Part shown: piece after piece, positions 9,843 through 19,280 of the stretch
Numbering within the stretch: the stretch's first letter is position 1
How the letters are laid out: every line of letters begins with the position of its first letter
Source of the DNA: Marispirochaeta sp.
Lineage (GTDB): Bacteria > Spirochaetota > Spirochaetia > JC444 > Marispirochaetaceae
Direction: 5' to 3'
Length of the DNA: 64,000 nt
Assembly (NCBI GenBank): GCA_963676835.2
Contig: CAXXFF010000002.1
Span: 864,001-928,000 of the forward strand
Position numbers and translations under genes: made by a program
Notes under the pieces: model-generated
Database searches by the model: none
Seen by the model: the letters and a program-made list of their open reading frames with translations, nothing else
What the model was told of the DNA's origin: nothing

Positions 9843-11228
9843 ATGGGTTTAGTGATGATTCTGCTGCTGGTAGCATCTATTGTGCTTATCGTGGCAGCAA
9901 CTTCTGTTTTTAAGCTGCATCCTTTTATCGCACTTATTTTTGCAGCGCTTTTTGTAGGACTTGGAGCATCTGCTCTTGGTGAATTTGATGTAATGGCTGT
10001 TGAGTCCACCATCAGGAATGGTTTCGGCGGTATCCTTGCCTACATAGGTATTGTAATTGTTCTGGGAACCATCATAGGTGTGTTTCTGGAAAAATCCGGA
10101 GCAGCAATTAAAATGGCCGACACCATTCTGAAACTGGTTGGTCCCAAACGGCCCGGACTTGCCATGAGCATTATCGGATGGTTTGTGTCTATTCCCGTAT
10201 TCTGTGACTCCGGTTATGTAATCCTTTCTGCGCTGAGAAAATCAGTTACCCACAAGGCAAAAGTTTCTGCAACCATGATGAGTGTTGCCCTGGCAACCGG
10301 TTTGTATGCCTCCCATACCCTGGTGCCCCCAACTCCCGGCCCCATCGCGGCAGCTGGAAACCTGGGTCTTGAAAACAGCCTGGGCCTGGTTATTATCTTC
10401 GGCGGATTTATCTCTATCTTCTCCATGCTGGCCGGTTTCTTCTGGGCCAAGTTTATCGGTGGCAAGATTGAGATTCAGGAAGACCGGGACAACGCGGCAG
10501 CCTGGGCAAAAGGTCTTGATCTGGAAGAGAAGGCTATCGAGGAACAGTACGGCCAGCTTCCTTCTACCTTTATGGCCTTTGCTCCCATCCTTGTTCCCAT
10601 TATTCTGATTGCCCTTGGGACTATTGCCTCCTTCCCGGGAGAACTTCTCGGCGCAGGTTTCATTGCCAAACTGTTTATCTTTTTCGGTAAGCCCGTTATC
10701 GCCCTTCTGGTGGGCTTCTTCTTTGCCCTGGGACTTGCTCCCAAGCTGAATGAAGAGGTGCTTATGACATGGATTGGTGAGGGAATCAAGATAGCCGGTC
10801 CCATTATTCTTATTACCGGTGCCGGTGGTGCTTTCGGTGCAATTATTAAAGCAACCCCGGTAGCTGCATATCTTGGCGAATCAATGAGCGGCTGGAGCGT
10901 CGGTATCCTGGTTCCATTCTTTATTGCGGCTGCCCTTAAAACTGCTCAGGGTTCCTCCACTACCGCACTGGTAACAACTTCTGCGCTTATGGCGCCTCTG
11001 CTTGCCTCCCTGGGGCTTGATTCTACCATCGGACAGGTGCTTACGGTAATGAGTATCGGTGCAGGTGCAATGACTGTTTCCCATGCCAACGACTCCTACT
11101 TCTGGGTTGTTGCCCAGTTTACCGGAATGGATGTAAAGACTGCTTACAAATCACAGACTGTGGCAACCCTGATTCAGGGAATTGTAACCATAATTGTTAT
11201 TCTAATTCTCTCGTTTATTCTTCTGTAA
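9843..11228 (+). CDS. GntP-family permease, copy 1
   Basis: KLHPF, SIPVFCDSG, HTLVPPTPGP and SHANDSYFWVV. Start at ATG 9843 after GGGAG. Confidence 0.9.
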   Translation: MGLVMILLLVASIVLIVAATSVFKLHPFIALIFAALFVGLGASALGEFDVMAVESTIRNGFGGILAYIGIVIVLGTIIGVFLEKSGAAIKMADTILKLVGPKRPGLAMSIIGWFVSIPVFCDSGYVILSALRKSVTHKAKVSATMMSVALATGLYASHTLVPPTPGPIAAAGNLGLENSLGLVIIFGGFISIFSMLAGFFWAKFIGGKIEIQEDRDNAAAWAKGLDLEEKAIEEQYGQLPSTFMAFAPILVPIILIALGTIASFPGELLGAGFIAKLFIFFGKPVIALLVGFFFALGLAPKLNEEVLMTWIGEGIKIAGPIILITGAGGAFGAIIKATPVAAYLGESMSGWSVGILVPFFIAAALKTAQGSSTTALVTTSALMAPLLASLGLDSTIGQVLTVMSIGAGAMTVSHANDSYFWVVAQFTGMDVKTAYKSQTVATLIQGIVTIIVILILSFILL

Positions 11229-11252
11229 GCGCATCTAAACCAGGAGATAATC

Positions 11253-11284
11253 AGGACTGCTTCTTCGGGGGCAGTCCTTTTTTT
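11253..11284 (+). terminator. Rho-independent terminator
   Basis: AGGACTGCTTC-TTCG-GGGGCAGTCCT followed by a T run. Confidence 0.85.
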
Positions 11285-11349
11285 GCGCTTCCCTCAAATT
11301 ACAGAAACCATGCTACCATTGAAAGCAACCGGTTCTTCAGGAGGGTCTA

Positions 11350-12732
11350 ATGGGGTTTCTTATGGTGATTTTTCTGTTTATCTCCATAATTGCCATCGTA
11401 CTGGCTACATCGAAATACAAGCTTCATCCCTTTGTCTCCCTCCTGCTGGCCTCCCTCTTTTTGGGTATAGGAGCAGCCGCACTGGGTCAGCTGGATCTGA
11501 TGGAAGTGGATACAGCTATTCGTGAAGGCTTCGGCAGAATACTTGCCAATATAGGAATTGTAATTGTACTGGGCGCAATTATAGGTGTTTTTCTGGAGAA
11601 ATCCGGCGCTGCGCTCAAAATGGCCGATACGGTAATAAAAAAGATCGGCCCCGGGCACCCTGCACTGGCAATGAGTATTATCGGATGGATCGTCTCTATT
11701 CCGGTTTTCTGTGACTCGGGATTTGTCATTCTGAATACCATGCGTAAAACAATTACCCGGAAAACACATTCCCATGCGGCAGCCATGAGTGTCGCCCTGG
11801 CGACCGGGCTCTATGCCTCCCATACCCTGGTGCCTCCGACTCCCGGCCCTATCTCTGCAGCGGGTAATCTTGGTATCGGCAGCAGTCTGGGAATGGTAAT
11901 ACTCTTCGGAATCTGTATCTCCCTCTTTCCGATGTTTGCAGGATATATCTGGGCCCGTTTTATGGGTTCCCGGGTAGAAACCAGGGAAGACCTGCTGAAT
12001 AAGGAGTTTTTTCTTAAGGGCCTTGAAGGCGACAGTGCGGTTGAGAAGAAGTATGGGCAGCTGCCTTCGGCGTTTAAATCCTTCGCTCCCATAGTTGTTC
12101 CCATTTTGCTAATAGCAATAGCTGCAGTTGCTGCTCTTCTTGCGGACCTTGGGCATGAGAGCCGTATTACCGGTGTGCTGCTTTTTCTGGGCAGTCCTCT
12201 TATGGCGCTGCTCTGCGGTTTTCTCTTTGCCCTGGCACTGGCTCCTTCTTTGAGCGAAGAGGTCCTGATGAAATGGATAGGCGGGGGAATCAGAATTGCA
12301 GGGCCGATTATTCTTATAACCGGAGCAGGCGGTGCCTTCGGGGCGGTAATCAAAGCCACACCCCTGCCTGAATATCTCGGGCAGGCAATGGAGCACTGGA
12401 ACATCGGAATTCTGCTGCCTTTTATAATTGCCGCAGCTCTGAAGACAGCCCAGGGGTCAACTACCACAACCATGGTGGCGGCATCTGCGCTTGTAGCTCC
12501 GCTGTTGGGGTCTCTGGGGCTGGATTCGGCTTATGGAGCGGCTTTAACGGTTATGAGTATCGGCGCAGGCGCCATGGTCTGCAGTCATGCCAATGATTCA
12601 TATTTCTGGGTTGTGGCAGAGTTTACCGGGATGGATATTAAAACAGGGTATAAAACCCTTACCGCGGCTACAGCTATTCAGGGTGGAGTGACCATGGCGG
12701 CGGTGCTGTTCTTCTCCTTCCTGCTGCTGTAG
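11350..12732 (+). CDS. GntP-family permease, copy 2 (tandem paralogue)
   Basis: Same motifs as copy 1 and colinear with it over the whole length. Confidence 0.9.
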   Translation: MGFLMVIFLFISIIAIVLATSKYKLHPFVSLLLASLFLGIGAAALGQLDLMEVDTAIREGFGRILANIGIVIVLGAIIGVFLEKSGAALKMADTVIKKIGPGHPALAMSIIGWIVSIPVFCDSGFVILNTMRKTITRKTHSHAAAMSVALATGLYASHTLVPPTPGPISAAGNLGIGSSLGMVILFGICISLFPMFAGYIWARFMGSRVETREDLLNKEFFLKGLEGDSAVEKKYGQLPSAFKSFAPIVVPILLIAIAAVAALLADLGHESRITGVLLFLGSPLMALLCGFLFALALAPSLSEEVLMKWIGGGIRIAGPIILITGAGGAFGAVIKATPLPEYLGQAMEHWNIGILLPFIIAAALKTAQGSTTTTMVAASALVAPLLGSLGLDSAYGAALTVMSIGAGAMVCSHANDSYFWVVAEFTGMDIKTGYKTLTAATAIQGGVTMAAVLFFSFLLL

Positions 12733-12748
12733 CAATTCTCCGCTGAAG

Positions 12749-13669
12749 TTACGCCGGTTTTTTCTCTTTCAGCTTTGTAACCGCATAGGCCCCGCCAACA
12801 AGTAGTACCCCGCCGATCATCTGGAGAAGGGTAAGCCGTTCCTGAAAGATGAAGAAGGAGATAAGGGCGGTGAAGAAGGGCCTTGTCAGCTGAAGTATGT
12901 TTGCCAGGGAGACTCCCAGGTGAGGCACAGAACGGTAAAAGAGTGAGTGCCCGAGGCCGATGCCGGCAAGTCCGGAAAGGATAAGCATAAACCAGAGCCA
13001 GGGGCCTGCTTCAAAATGAAAGTCCATTCCATATCCTGCAACGTGGCTGATAAAGAACAGGGGAATTACAAAGGTAAACACCGCAGCATTAACAAAATAG
13101 GGCGAGTATCCCGGCAGCCATGCCCGAACCATAGCGCTCAGAACCGCCCATGAGAGAGCGGAAAGCAGAACAAAGCCAACGCCGAGCATGGAGAATGAAC
13201 TTCCACCGGAATTGCCCGGTGAGACAGTAAGTATTACACCCGCAATTGCTGCAAAAATGCTGACATAAAACAATGGTTTCTTCAGGAGCAGCCGCTCATC
13301 CAGGAAAAAAATACAGCCCAGAATGACGCTGAAAACCGCAGCGGACTGATAGATAAGGATGGCCAGCCCGGGAAAAACATTGTACAGCCCGGCGGTGTAG
13401 GCTGCCTGAAAAGAGAAGTTGGCAATGCCTATAAGGGCCATCTTCGGCAGCAGATGAGAGAGGTTTCCCCGTATTTTTTTTCTCTCTTCTGCCTCTGTGG
13501 CGGTAAAGAAGAGAGGCCAGAGCACGATAATTGCCGAGACATACCTGGCGAAGGACTGGAACATTACCGGGAATCCGGACCCTACATAGCGGATCATAAC
13601 AGCGGTAAAAGACCAGACCAGAGCCGCGCCAAGATTGAGGAATATTGCAGAACGATAGTTGCCGGCCAT
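12749..13669 (-). CDS. DMT/EamA-family transporter
   Basis: Two EamA-like repeats, about 10 TM helices. Start moved to 13669 (AAGGAG RBS). Confidence 0.85.
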   Translation of the reverse strand: MAGNYRSAIFLNLGAALVWSFTAVMIRYVGSGFPVMFQSFARYVSAIIVLWPLFFTATEAEERKKIRGNLSHLLPKMALIGIANFSFQAAYTAGLYNVFPGLAILIYQSAAVFSVILGCIFFLDERLLLKKPLFYVSIFAAIAGVILTVSPGNSGGSSFSMLGVGFVLLSALSWAVLSAMVRAWLPGYSPYFVNAAVFTFVIPLFFISHVAGYGMDFHFEAGPWLWFMLILSGLAGIGLGHSLFYRSVPHLGVSLANILQLTRPFFTALISFFIFQERLTLLQMIGGVLLVGGAYAVTKLKEKKPA

Positions 13670-13803
13670 TGTGTCTCCTTGGGGAACAGGTGGGGCCATA
13701 TTAGTATAAAATGTCTTTTTATTATACCGTTTTTTGCGGATTGAATGTATCATATATGCTACAAGTGGCCCGGAGGGCTGCCTGAAAAAAGGAGTACTGA
13801 AAA

Positions 13804-14553
13804 ATGATTAATCCTCTTAAGAAGAAGCTGCAGAATGGTGAAACTGCCCTTGGTTTCTGGGTAACAATTCCCAGCCCGGATGTTTCTGAAGCACTTTCAC
13901 TGCTGGATGTAGACTGGCTGCTCTTTGATATGGAGCATTCTCCCATGAACCCCCAGAATGCCCAGATCGGCATGCAGGGGATGAAGGGCGACAGGGCCAC
14001 TCCCGTAGTCCGGGTCGCCTGGAACGATCAGGTGCTGATTAAGCGTGCCCTTGATATCGGCAGCTACGGGGTTGTAATCCCCATGGTTAATAATGCGGAG
14101 GATGCACGAAAGGCAGTTGCTGCTACTAAATATCCGCCCAGGGGGATCCGGGGCTGCGGTCCCAGACGGCCTTTCCTCTACGACAAAGACTACCTGGGAA
14201 CAGCTGATGATGAGATTCTCGTTCTGGTGCAGATAGAAACCACGGAAGCGGTAGAGAATGTTGATGAAATTTGTGCAGTAGAGGGCGTTGACGGAATTTT
14301 TATGGGGCCCATGGACCTCTCATTTTCCATGGGTCTTCGCGGCAGCTTTGACAATCCGGAATTTCAGAAGGCTGCGGATACCATTCTTGCTGCAGCGAAA
14401 CGGCATAAAAAAGTGTCCGGACTCTGGCTTGGCGCAGGTGAAACCCTGAATGAGCGGGTAAAAGAGGGCTGGCAGTTTATCGGGGTAGGTATCGATGTCG
14501 GCTTTGTTCAGGACGGCGCCAATGCGGCTTTGAAAGCTGCGAGAGGACAATAG
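13804..14553 (+). CDS. HpcH/HpaI (GarL-like) class II aldolase
   Basis: DMEH, VRV, KRALDIG, YPPRGIRG, QIET and GPMDLS motifs. Confidence 0.9.
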   Translation: MINPLKKKLQNGETALGFWVTIPSPDVSEALSLLDVDWLLFDMEHSPMNPQNAQIGMQGMKGDRATPVVRVAWNDQVLIKRALDIGSYGVVIPMVNNAEDARKAVAATKYPPRGIRGCGPRRPFLYDKDYLGTADDEILVLVQIETTEAVENVDEICAVEGVDGIFMGPMDLSFSMGLRGSFDNPEFQKAADTILAAAKRHKKVSGLWLGAGETLNERVKEGWQFIGVGIDVGFVQDGANAALKAARGQ

Positions 14554-14562
14554 GCCTGGGGG

Positions 14563-15483
14563 TCAGGAGAGCTGTGCGCGCTTGCGGCGGAATGCCTCTT
14601 TGGCCTTTTCTATCTGGTTTGCATAGCTTTCGTAATTTTCCGAAAGCAGTGCCATCTGGATTACGCTGATAACGCAGAGTTCGCTTAAGCGGGCAGCGGG
14701 AAGGTCGCTGAGCACATTGGATTCTCTGGAGCTGGTGAACAGCACCACATCCAGATGCTCTGTCAGGGGAGTGTTGGGGTACCCGGTAATACCGATAACC
14801 TTCGCTCCCTGCTCTTTTGCCATTCGGGATGCATCAACCGTATTGTGTACCCTTCCGGAGTGGGCGATTGCTATGGCCACATCTCCATGGTGGAGCTGGG
14901 ATGCTGCGGTAATCTGCAGCCAGGCATCGTTGTAGCAGGTGCACTGGAGTCCCATCTGCATCAGTATGTAGGCGGCACTCTGTGCAACAGATCCTGAGCC
15001 TCCCTCGCCGTAGATATCAATCTTTCTGGCAGAGCCGATCAGGTCTACGGCTTTCTGCAGATCATCATCATTAAGAATCATCATTGTTTCGTCCAGAACG
15101 GACTGGTTGAAATGAAACAGCTTCTGCTTGATAACCTTTACCGATTCTCCCCGCTTTATCTGGAATGAATCCGTACCGGGGGTAAGAAATTCCCGCTCTA
15201 TATAGTATTTAAGCTCAGTATACCCTTTAAACCCGATTGCCCTGCAGAAGCGGATAATTGTGGCCGGACTGGTTTCGGCAGCCTTTGCAAGAGCCTGGGC
15301 AGACATCTCGGGAACGGCTTCGCTGTGCTGCAGAATGTAATCGGCAATACGCTTTTCCGAGGAATTAAAGGTATCGTAGTGGTTCCGTATACGGGTCAGG
15401 TACTCTATACTTGCTATAGCATCGCTTTTATCGCTGGCTTTGGTTGAGAATGTCTGGGTAGCAAGTTTATGGCTGGGCTTCAT
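14563..15483 (-). CDS. MurR/RpiR-family regulator
   Basis: SEKRIADYIL, SPATIIRFCRAIGFKGYTELK HTH and a SIS domain. Confidence 0.9.
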   Translation of the reverse strand: MKPSHKLATQTFSTKASDKSDAIASIEYLTRIRNHYDTFNSSEKRIADYILQHSEAVPEMSAQALAKAAETSPATIIRFCRAIGFKGYTELKYYIEREFLTPGTDSFQIKRGESVKVIKQKLFHFNQSVLDETMMILNDDDLQKAVDLIGSARKIDIYGEGGSGSVAQSAAYILMQMGLQCTCYNDAWLQITAASQLHHGDVAIAIAHSGRVHNTVDASRMAKEQGAKVIGITGYPNTPLTEHLDVVLFTSSRESNVLSDLPAARLSELCVISVIQMALLSENYESYANQIEKAKEAFRRKRAQLS

Positions 15484-15546
15484 AATACTCTCTAATTCCG
15501 GAGATATTGCATATTATATCGTAATAATATGATTTGTGAAAGAGAA

Positions 15547-15598
15547 AAATGAAACATATATCTTAATAGACGCCTTTACTTGGAAATATGTTTCATTT
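15547..15598. promoter_or_regulatory. Candidate RpiR operator pair
   Basis: Perfect 13-bp inverted repeat AAATGAAACATAT ... ATATGTTTCATTT with a 26-bp spacer, in the divergent intergenic region. Confidence 0.55.
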
Positions 15599-15675
15599 AT
15601 TAGACCATTTTCCCGTTCGCCCTGTCTTTCTGAATTTTTTTCACTATACTTCAGATATAAACGGGGTTGGGAATC

Positions 15676-16656
15676 ATGAAAAAATTTGCTTTGGCGAAAT
15701 CTTTTTTACTTGTCTCTCTGCTGTTCTTTTCGGCCTGCGGCAATAGCGAGTTGTCTATTGTGGTGATCCCAAAGCTTACGGGCATATCCTATTACGATGT
15801 AGTCTATCAGGGGGTAAAGCAAGCCGCCGCCGAACTGGACGATCTGAATGTCCGCTGGATGGGGACGGAAGAAGCCAAAGTAGAGCAGCAGATTGAGCTT
15901 ATCGGAAGTATTATTCCCGACAGGCCCGATGCTGTATGTGTAGCTTCAAACGATGATCTGGCCATTGCTCCCATTCTAAAAAAGGCTGCAGGTGCCGGGA
16001 TATCAGTTATAAGCTGGGACGGGGATGCGGCCTATCGGGATTTTTTTGTTAATCTGGTTGATTACCGGGAATTCGGCCGGGGGCTTGCCGATGCGGTTGC
16101 CGAGTATGCCGGAGAAGATACCGCCCTGGCGATTATTACCACCACCTTTACCGCACCCAATCAGGTGCTCTGGCTGGAGGTTGTTCAGGAGCGGCTGGCA
16201 GAAAAATATCCCGGAATAAACATTCTGGATATACGGCCAGCCGGGGAAAGCTCAGAAGAGGCCTACGCGGTTGCCATGGAATATATCCACAGTATGCCGG
16301 AGCTGGATGCCCTTATGGTTTTAGGTGTGCCCAATGTTCCCGGCGCAGCAAAAGCGGTGGAAGAGACGGGAAATACCGGAAAGATTGTGCTGGTGGGAAA
16401 TGCAACTCCCAATCTGGTGCGGGATTATGTCCATAAAGGTGTAATTCAGGCGGCATTGTTATGGGATGCCCCGGCCCATGGCTATCTGACCGTCTATTCG
16501 ACCTACATGTTTCTCAAAGGAAAAATTCAGGAGGGAATACCCTTTTCCGCCGGCAGTCTGGGTTCTTTTACCCCTGTCCGGGATGGGGTGAGCCTTCAGG
16601 TCTCTCTGCCATTGCTCAAATTTACCAGAGAAAATATCGACAATTATAATTTCTGA
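15676..16656 (+). CDS. Sugar-binding lipoprotein, LsrB/RhaS-like (periplasmic binding protein type I)
   Basis: Lipobox FSAC, IPKLTGISYY, ISWD, APNQ..W and LWD motifs. Confidence 0.8.
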   Translation: MKKFALAKSFLLVSLLFFSACGNSELSIVVIPKLTGISYYDVVYQGVKQAAAELDDLNVRWMGTEEAKVEQQIELIGSIIPDRPDAVCVASNDDLAIAPILKKAAGAGISVISWDGDAAYRDFFVNLVDYREFGRGLADAVAEYAGEDTALAIITTTFTAPNQVLWLEVVQERLAEKYPGINILDIRPAGESSEEAYAVAMEYIHSMPELDALMVLGVPNVPGAAKAVEETGNTGKIVLVGNATPNLVRDYVHKGVIQAALLWDAPAHGYLTVYSTYMFLKGKIQEGIPFSAGSLGSFTPVRDGVSLQVSLPLLKFTRENIDNYNF

Positions 16657-16728
16657 CCAAAAAACTATGAAAAACCGCTTCCCTGAAGTACATTAATAGA
16701 CAGTCCTATTAATGGCAGGGAGGCTGTT

Positions 16729-18480
16729 GTGCCGGTTCTGGTGTTGTTTGCATTTCTCTCCGGGGTGGTCACCATCCTTTCTCCCTGTATTCTCCCGGTT
16801 CTGCCGGTAGTCCTTGCAGGAGGTGCAGGGAAGGGCCGGCGTAAGCCTCTGGGAATTATCACCGGATTTATCTTCTCTTTTACCTTTATTACCGTATCTC
16901 TTGCCGCTCTGACCAGAGCCCTTGGTATTGGCCCCGGCATACTTCGCATACTTGCTGTTGCGGCGGTATCGCTGTTCGGTCTGGTTATGCTGGTTCCCTC
17001 TCTGGGTATTCTCTTTGAGAAATCTGTCTCCAGGATTACAGCAGGTTTTCAGCCTTCACGAAAACAGAACGTCTCCGGGAAAACAGATGGGTTTATTTCC
17101 GGCATCGGAATAGGGCTGAGTCTTGGAGTTCTCTGGACTCCCTGTGTGGGACCTATTATCGCTTCGGTAATAACTGTGGCCCTGGCAGGGAGTGCAGATG
17201 CAGGGGCTGTGGTGATTACCTTTTTCTACAGCCTTGGAACAGCCCTGCCAATGTTTGCTGTTATGAAGGGCGGACGGACATTACTGCAACGATTTTCATT
17301 TCTGTCCAAGAATATGGAGAACATACGGCGGGGCTTCGGGGTTCTAATGCTGATAACCGCCCTTTCCATGAGTCTCGGCTGGGACCTTCGCTTTCAGGCT
17401 ATGGTATTGAAGGTTTTTCCCTCCTACGGAAGGGGGCTGACTTTGATCGAAGATGGCGATGCGGTGCAGAAAGCCCTTGCGGACCGGGAATCGGCCAGAA
17501 ATGCGGGCGAAAGCAGCTACATACGGGAAGGAGTTTTTACCGGCGTAGGCAGCGACGTCTCAATGCAGGGAGTCCCCGGAAATTATGGAGCAGCGCCTCC
17601 GTTCTCTGCAAGCGGTCCCTGGCTTAACTCGTCACCTCTCGAAATGTCCGGCCTGGCCGGCAAGGTTATGCTGATAGATTTCTGGACCTACTCCTGTATC
17701 AACTGTATCCGTACTCTGCCGTATCTTAAAAGCTGGCATGAGCAGTATTCAGATCAGGGGCTGGTTATTATCGGTGTTCACAGTCCGGAGTTTGTCTTTG
17801 AACAGGATCCGGAAAATGTCCGTAAAGCGGTAGCCGATTTAGGGGTCAGCTGGCCGGTTGTTCTGGATAACGACTTTTCACAGTGGCGGGCCTATAACAA
17901 CCGCTTCTGGCCGGCCCATTTTCTAGTCGATACCCGGGGGAATGTACGCTATTTTACCTTCGGCGAAGGACGTTACGGCGAAACTGAACAGATGATCCGC
18001 AGCTTATTGGCTGAGACCGGTGCCCGGTTTACCACCTTCAATGAAAATGCGGATTTCGGCGATGTAGCAGCAACACCGGAAACCTATATGGGCAAGGAGC
18101 GGGCGGAAAGAATGGAGCTTGATCCTTCCATGGGACTGGGGACGGAGGTTTATACCCTGGAGGAAAAACCGGCCCTCCATCACTGGAGTATCGGCGGAGA
18201 GTGGAAAATTACCTACGAATATGCAGAACCAGCGGGCAGTTCCGGCGGGGATCTTGTTCTTAATTTCGACGCCCGCAGGATATTCGCGGTGTTTGATCCC
18301 CGGCCTGGTACGGGAGAATCTTTGGAAGTCACCGTTGAGTTTGAGGGAAATATTACAACACTGACACTGTCAGAGCCGCGCATGTATCAGCTTCTTGAGT
18401 TCGCCCGGCCACGGCAGGGTGTGTTGAAGATGCATATCCCGAAGGGAGTGCGGATATATTCATTTACCTTTGGAGGATAG
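16729..18480 (+). CDS. dipZ: DipZ-type CcdA/thioredoxin fusion
   Basis: LSPCILP and WTPCVGP (CcdA domain); DFWTYSCINC, GVHSPEF and TPETY (thioredoxin-like domain). Confidence 0.85.
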   Translation: MPVLVLFAFLSGVVTILSPCILPVLPVVLAGGAGKGRRKPLGIITGFIFSFTFITVSLAALTRALGIGPGILRILAVAAVSLFGLVMLVPSLGILFEKSVSRITAGFQPSRKQNVSGKTDGFISGIGIGLSLGVLWTPCVGPIIASVITVALAGSADAGAVVITFFYSLGTALPMFAVMKGGRTLLQRFSFLSKNMENIRRGFGVLMLITALSMSLGWDLRFQAMVLKVFPSYGRGLTLIEDGDAVQKALADRESARNAGESSYIREGVFTGVGSDVSMQGVPGNYGAAPPFSASGPWLNSSPLEMSGLAGKVMLIDFWTYSCINCIRTLPYLKSWHEQYSDQGLVIIGVHSPEFVFEQDPENVRKAVADLGVSWPVVLDNDFSQWRAYNNRFWPAHFLVDTRGNVRYFTFGEGRYGETEQMIRSLLAETGARFTTFNENADFGDVAATPETYMGKERAERMELDPSMGLGTEVYTLEEKPALHHWSIGGEWKITYEYAEPAGSSGGDLVLNFDARRIFAVFDPRPGTGESLEVTVEFEGNITTLTLSEPRMYQLLEFARPRQGVLKMHIPKGVRIYSFTFGG

Positions 18481-18486
18481 AGGAGG

Positions 18487-19110
18487 TTGAAGATGACCAG
18501 AATACGCCTGAGGGCGGGTCTTGTATTTTTTATTCTGTCAGGTATCTACCTGAATGCAGCAGAAACTGCAGTTCTTGCGGGCGGATGCTTCTGGGGTGTT
18601 GAGGGTATCTATGAGCATGTTGTCGGAGTGGAAAAGGTTGAGTCCGGTTATTCCGGAGGAGATGCCCGGACAGCCAACTATAATACGGTAAGCCGTGGCT
18701 TTTCTGATCATGCTGAATCGGTTCGGATACAGTTTGATCCGGAAAAAATCAGCTATGCTCAGATTCTTGATATCTTTTTTACCGTTGCCCACGATCCCAC
18801 CCAGCTCAATTATCAGGGGCCTGATCATGGCAGGCAGTACCGCTCAGTAGTTTTCTACACCGACAATGATCAGCGTACAATTGCTGAAGAGGCCATAGGG
18901 AAGCTTGAAGAAACCGGAGTATATTCGGGAAAAATAGTTACCGTGGTTCAGCCCCTGGAAAAATTCTATGCAGCTGAGATGTATCATCAGGATTTTATGC
19001 AGCTGAACCCGTCCCACCCTTACGTTTCCTACTGGGACTGGCCCAAGATTGAACATTTAAAGGAAGCTTTTCCTTCCTTGTATAGGGAGCATTCCTGGAC
19101 GGTTAAATAA
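18487..19110 (+). CDS. msrA: Peptide-methionine (S)-S-oxide reductase, probably exported
   Basis: GGCFWG, GYSGG, HDPTQLN.QG.D.G.QYRS and AE.YHQ; N-terminal hydrophobic signal. Confidence 0.92.
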   Translation: MKMTRIRLRAGLVFFILSGIYLNAAETAVLAGGCFWGVEGIYEHVVGVEKVESGYSGGDARTANYNTVSRGFSDHAESVRIQFDPEKISYAQILDIFFTVAHDPTQLNYQGPDHGRQYRSVVFYTDNDQRTIAEEAIGKLEETGVYSGKIVTVVQPLEKFYAAEMYHQDFMQLNPSHPYVSYWDWPKIEHLKEAFPSLYREHSWTVK

Positions 19111-19280
19111 CAGGGCGGTATCCTTTTTGTATTTTTGCATTTCCCCCTGCAAATCCTTACACTGTAAGGAGCAGGTGTATAATTACCATGGAGTGGAGAT
19201 GTAATGAAAATCAGACAGGGTATTGTTTATCATTGTGAGAGAGTATCTGTTTCAGGACTGGTATTGTAAGGTCTGCCGGA

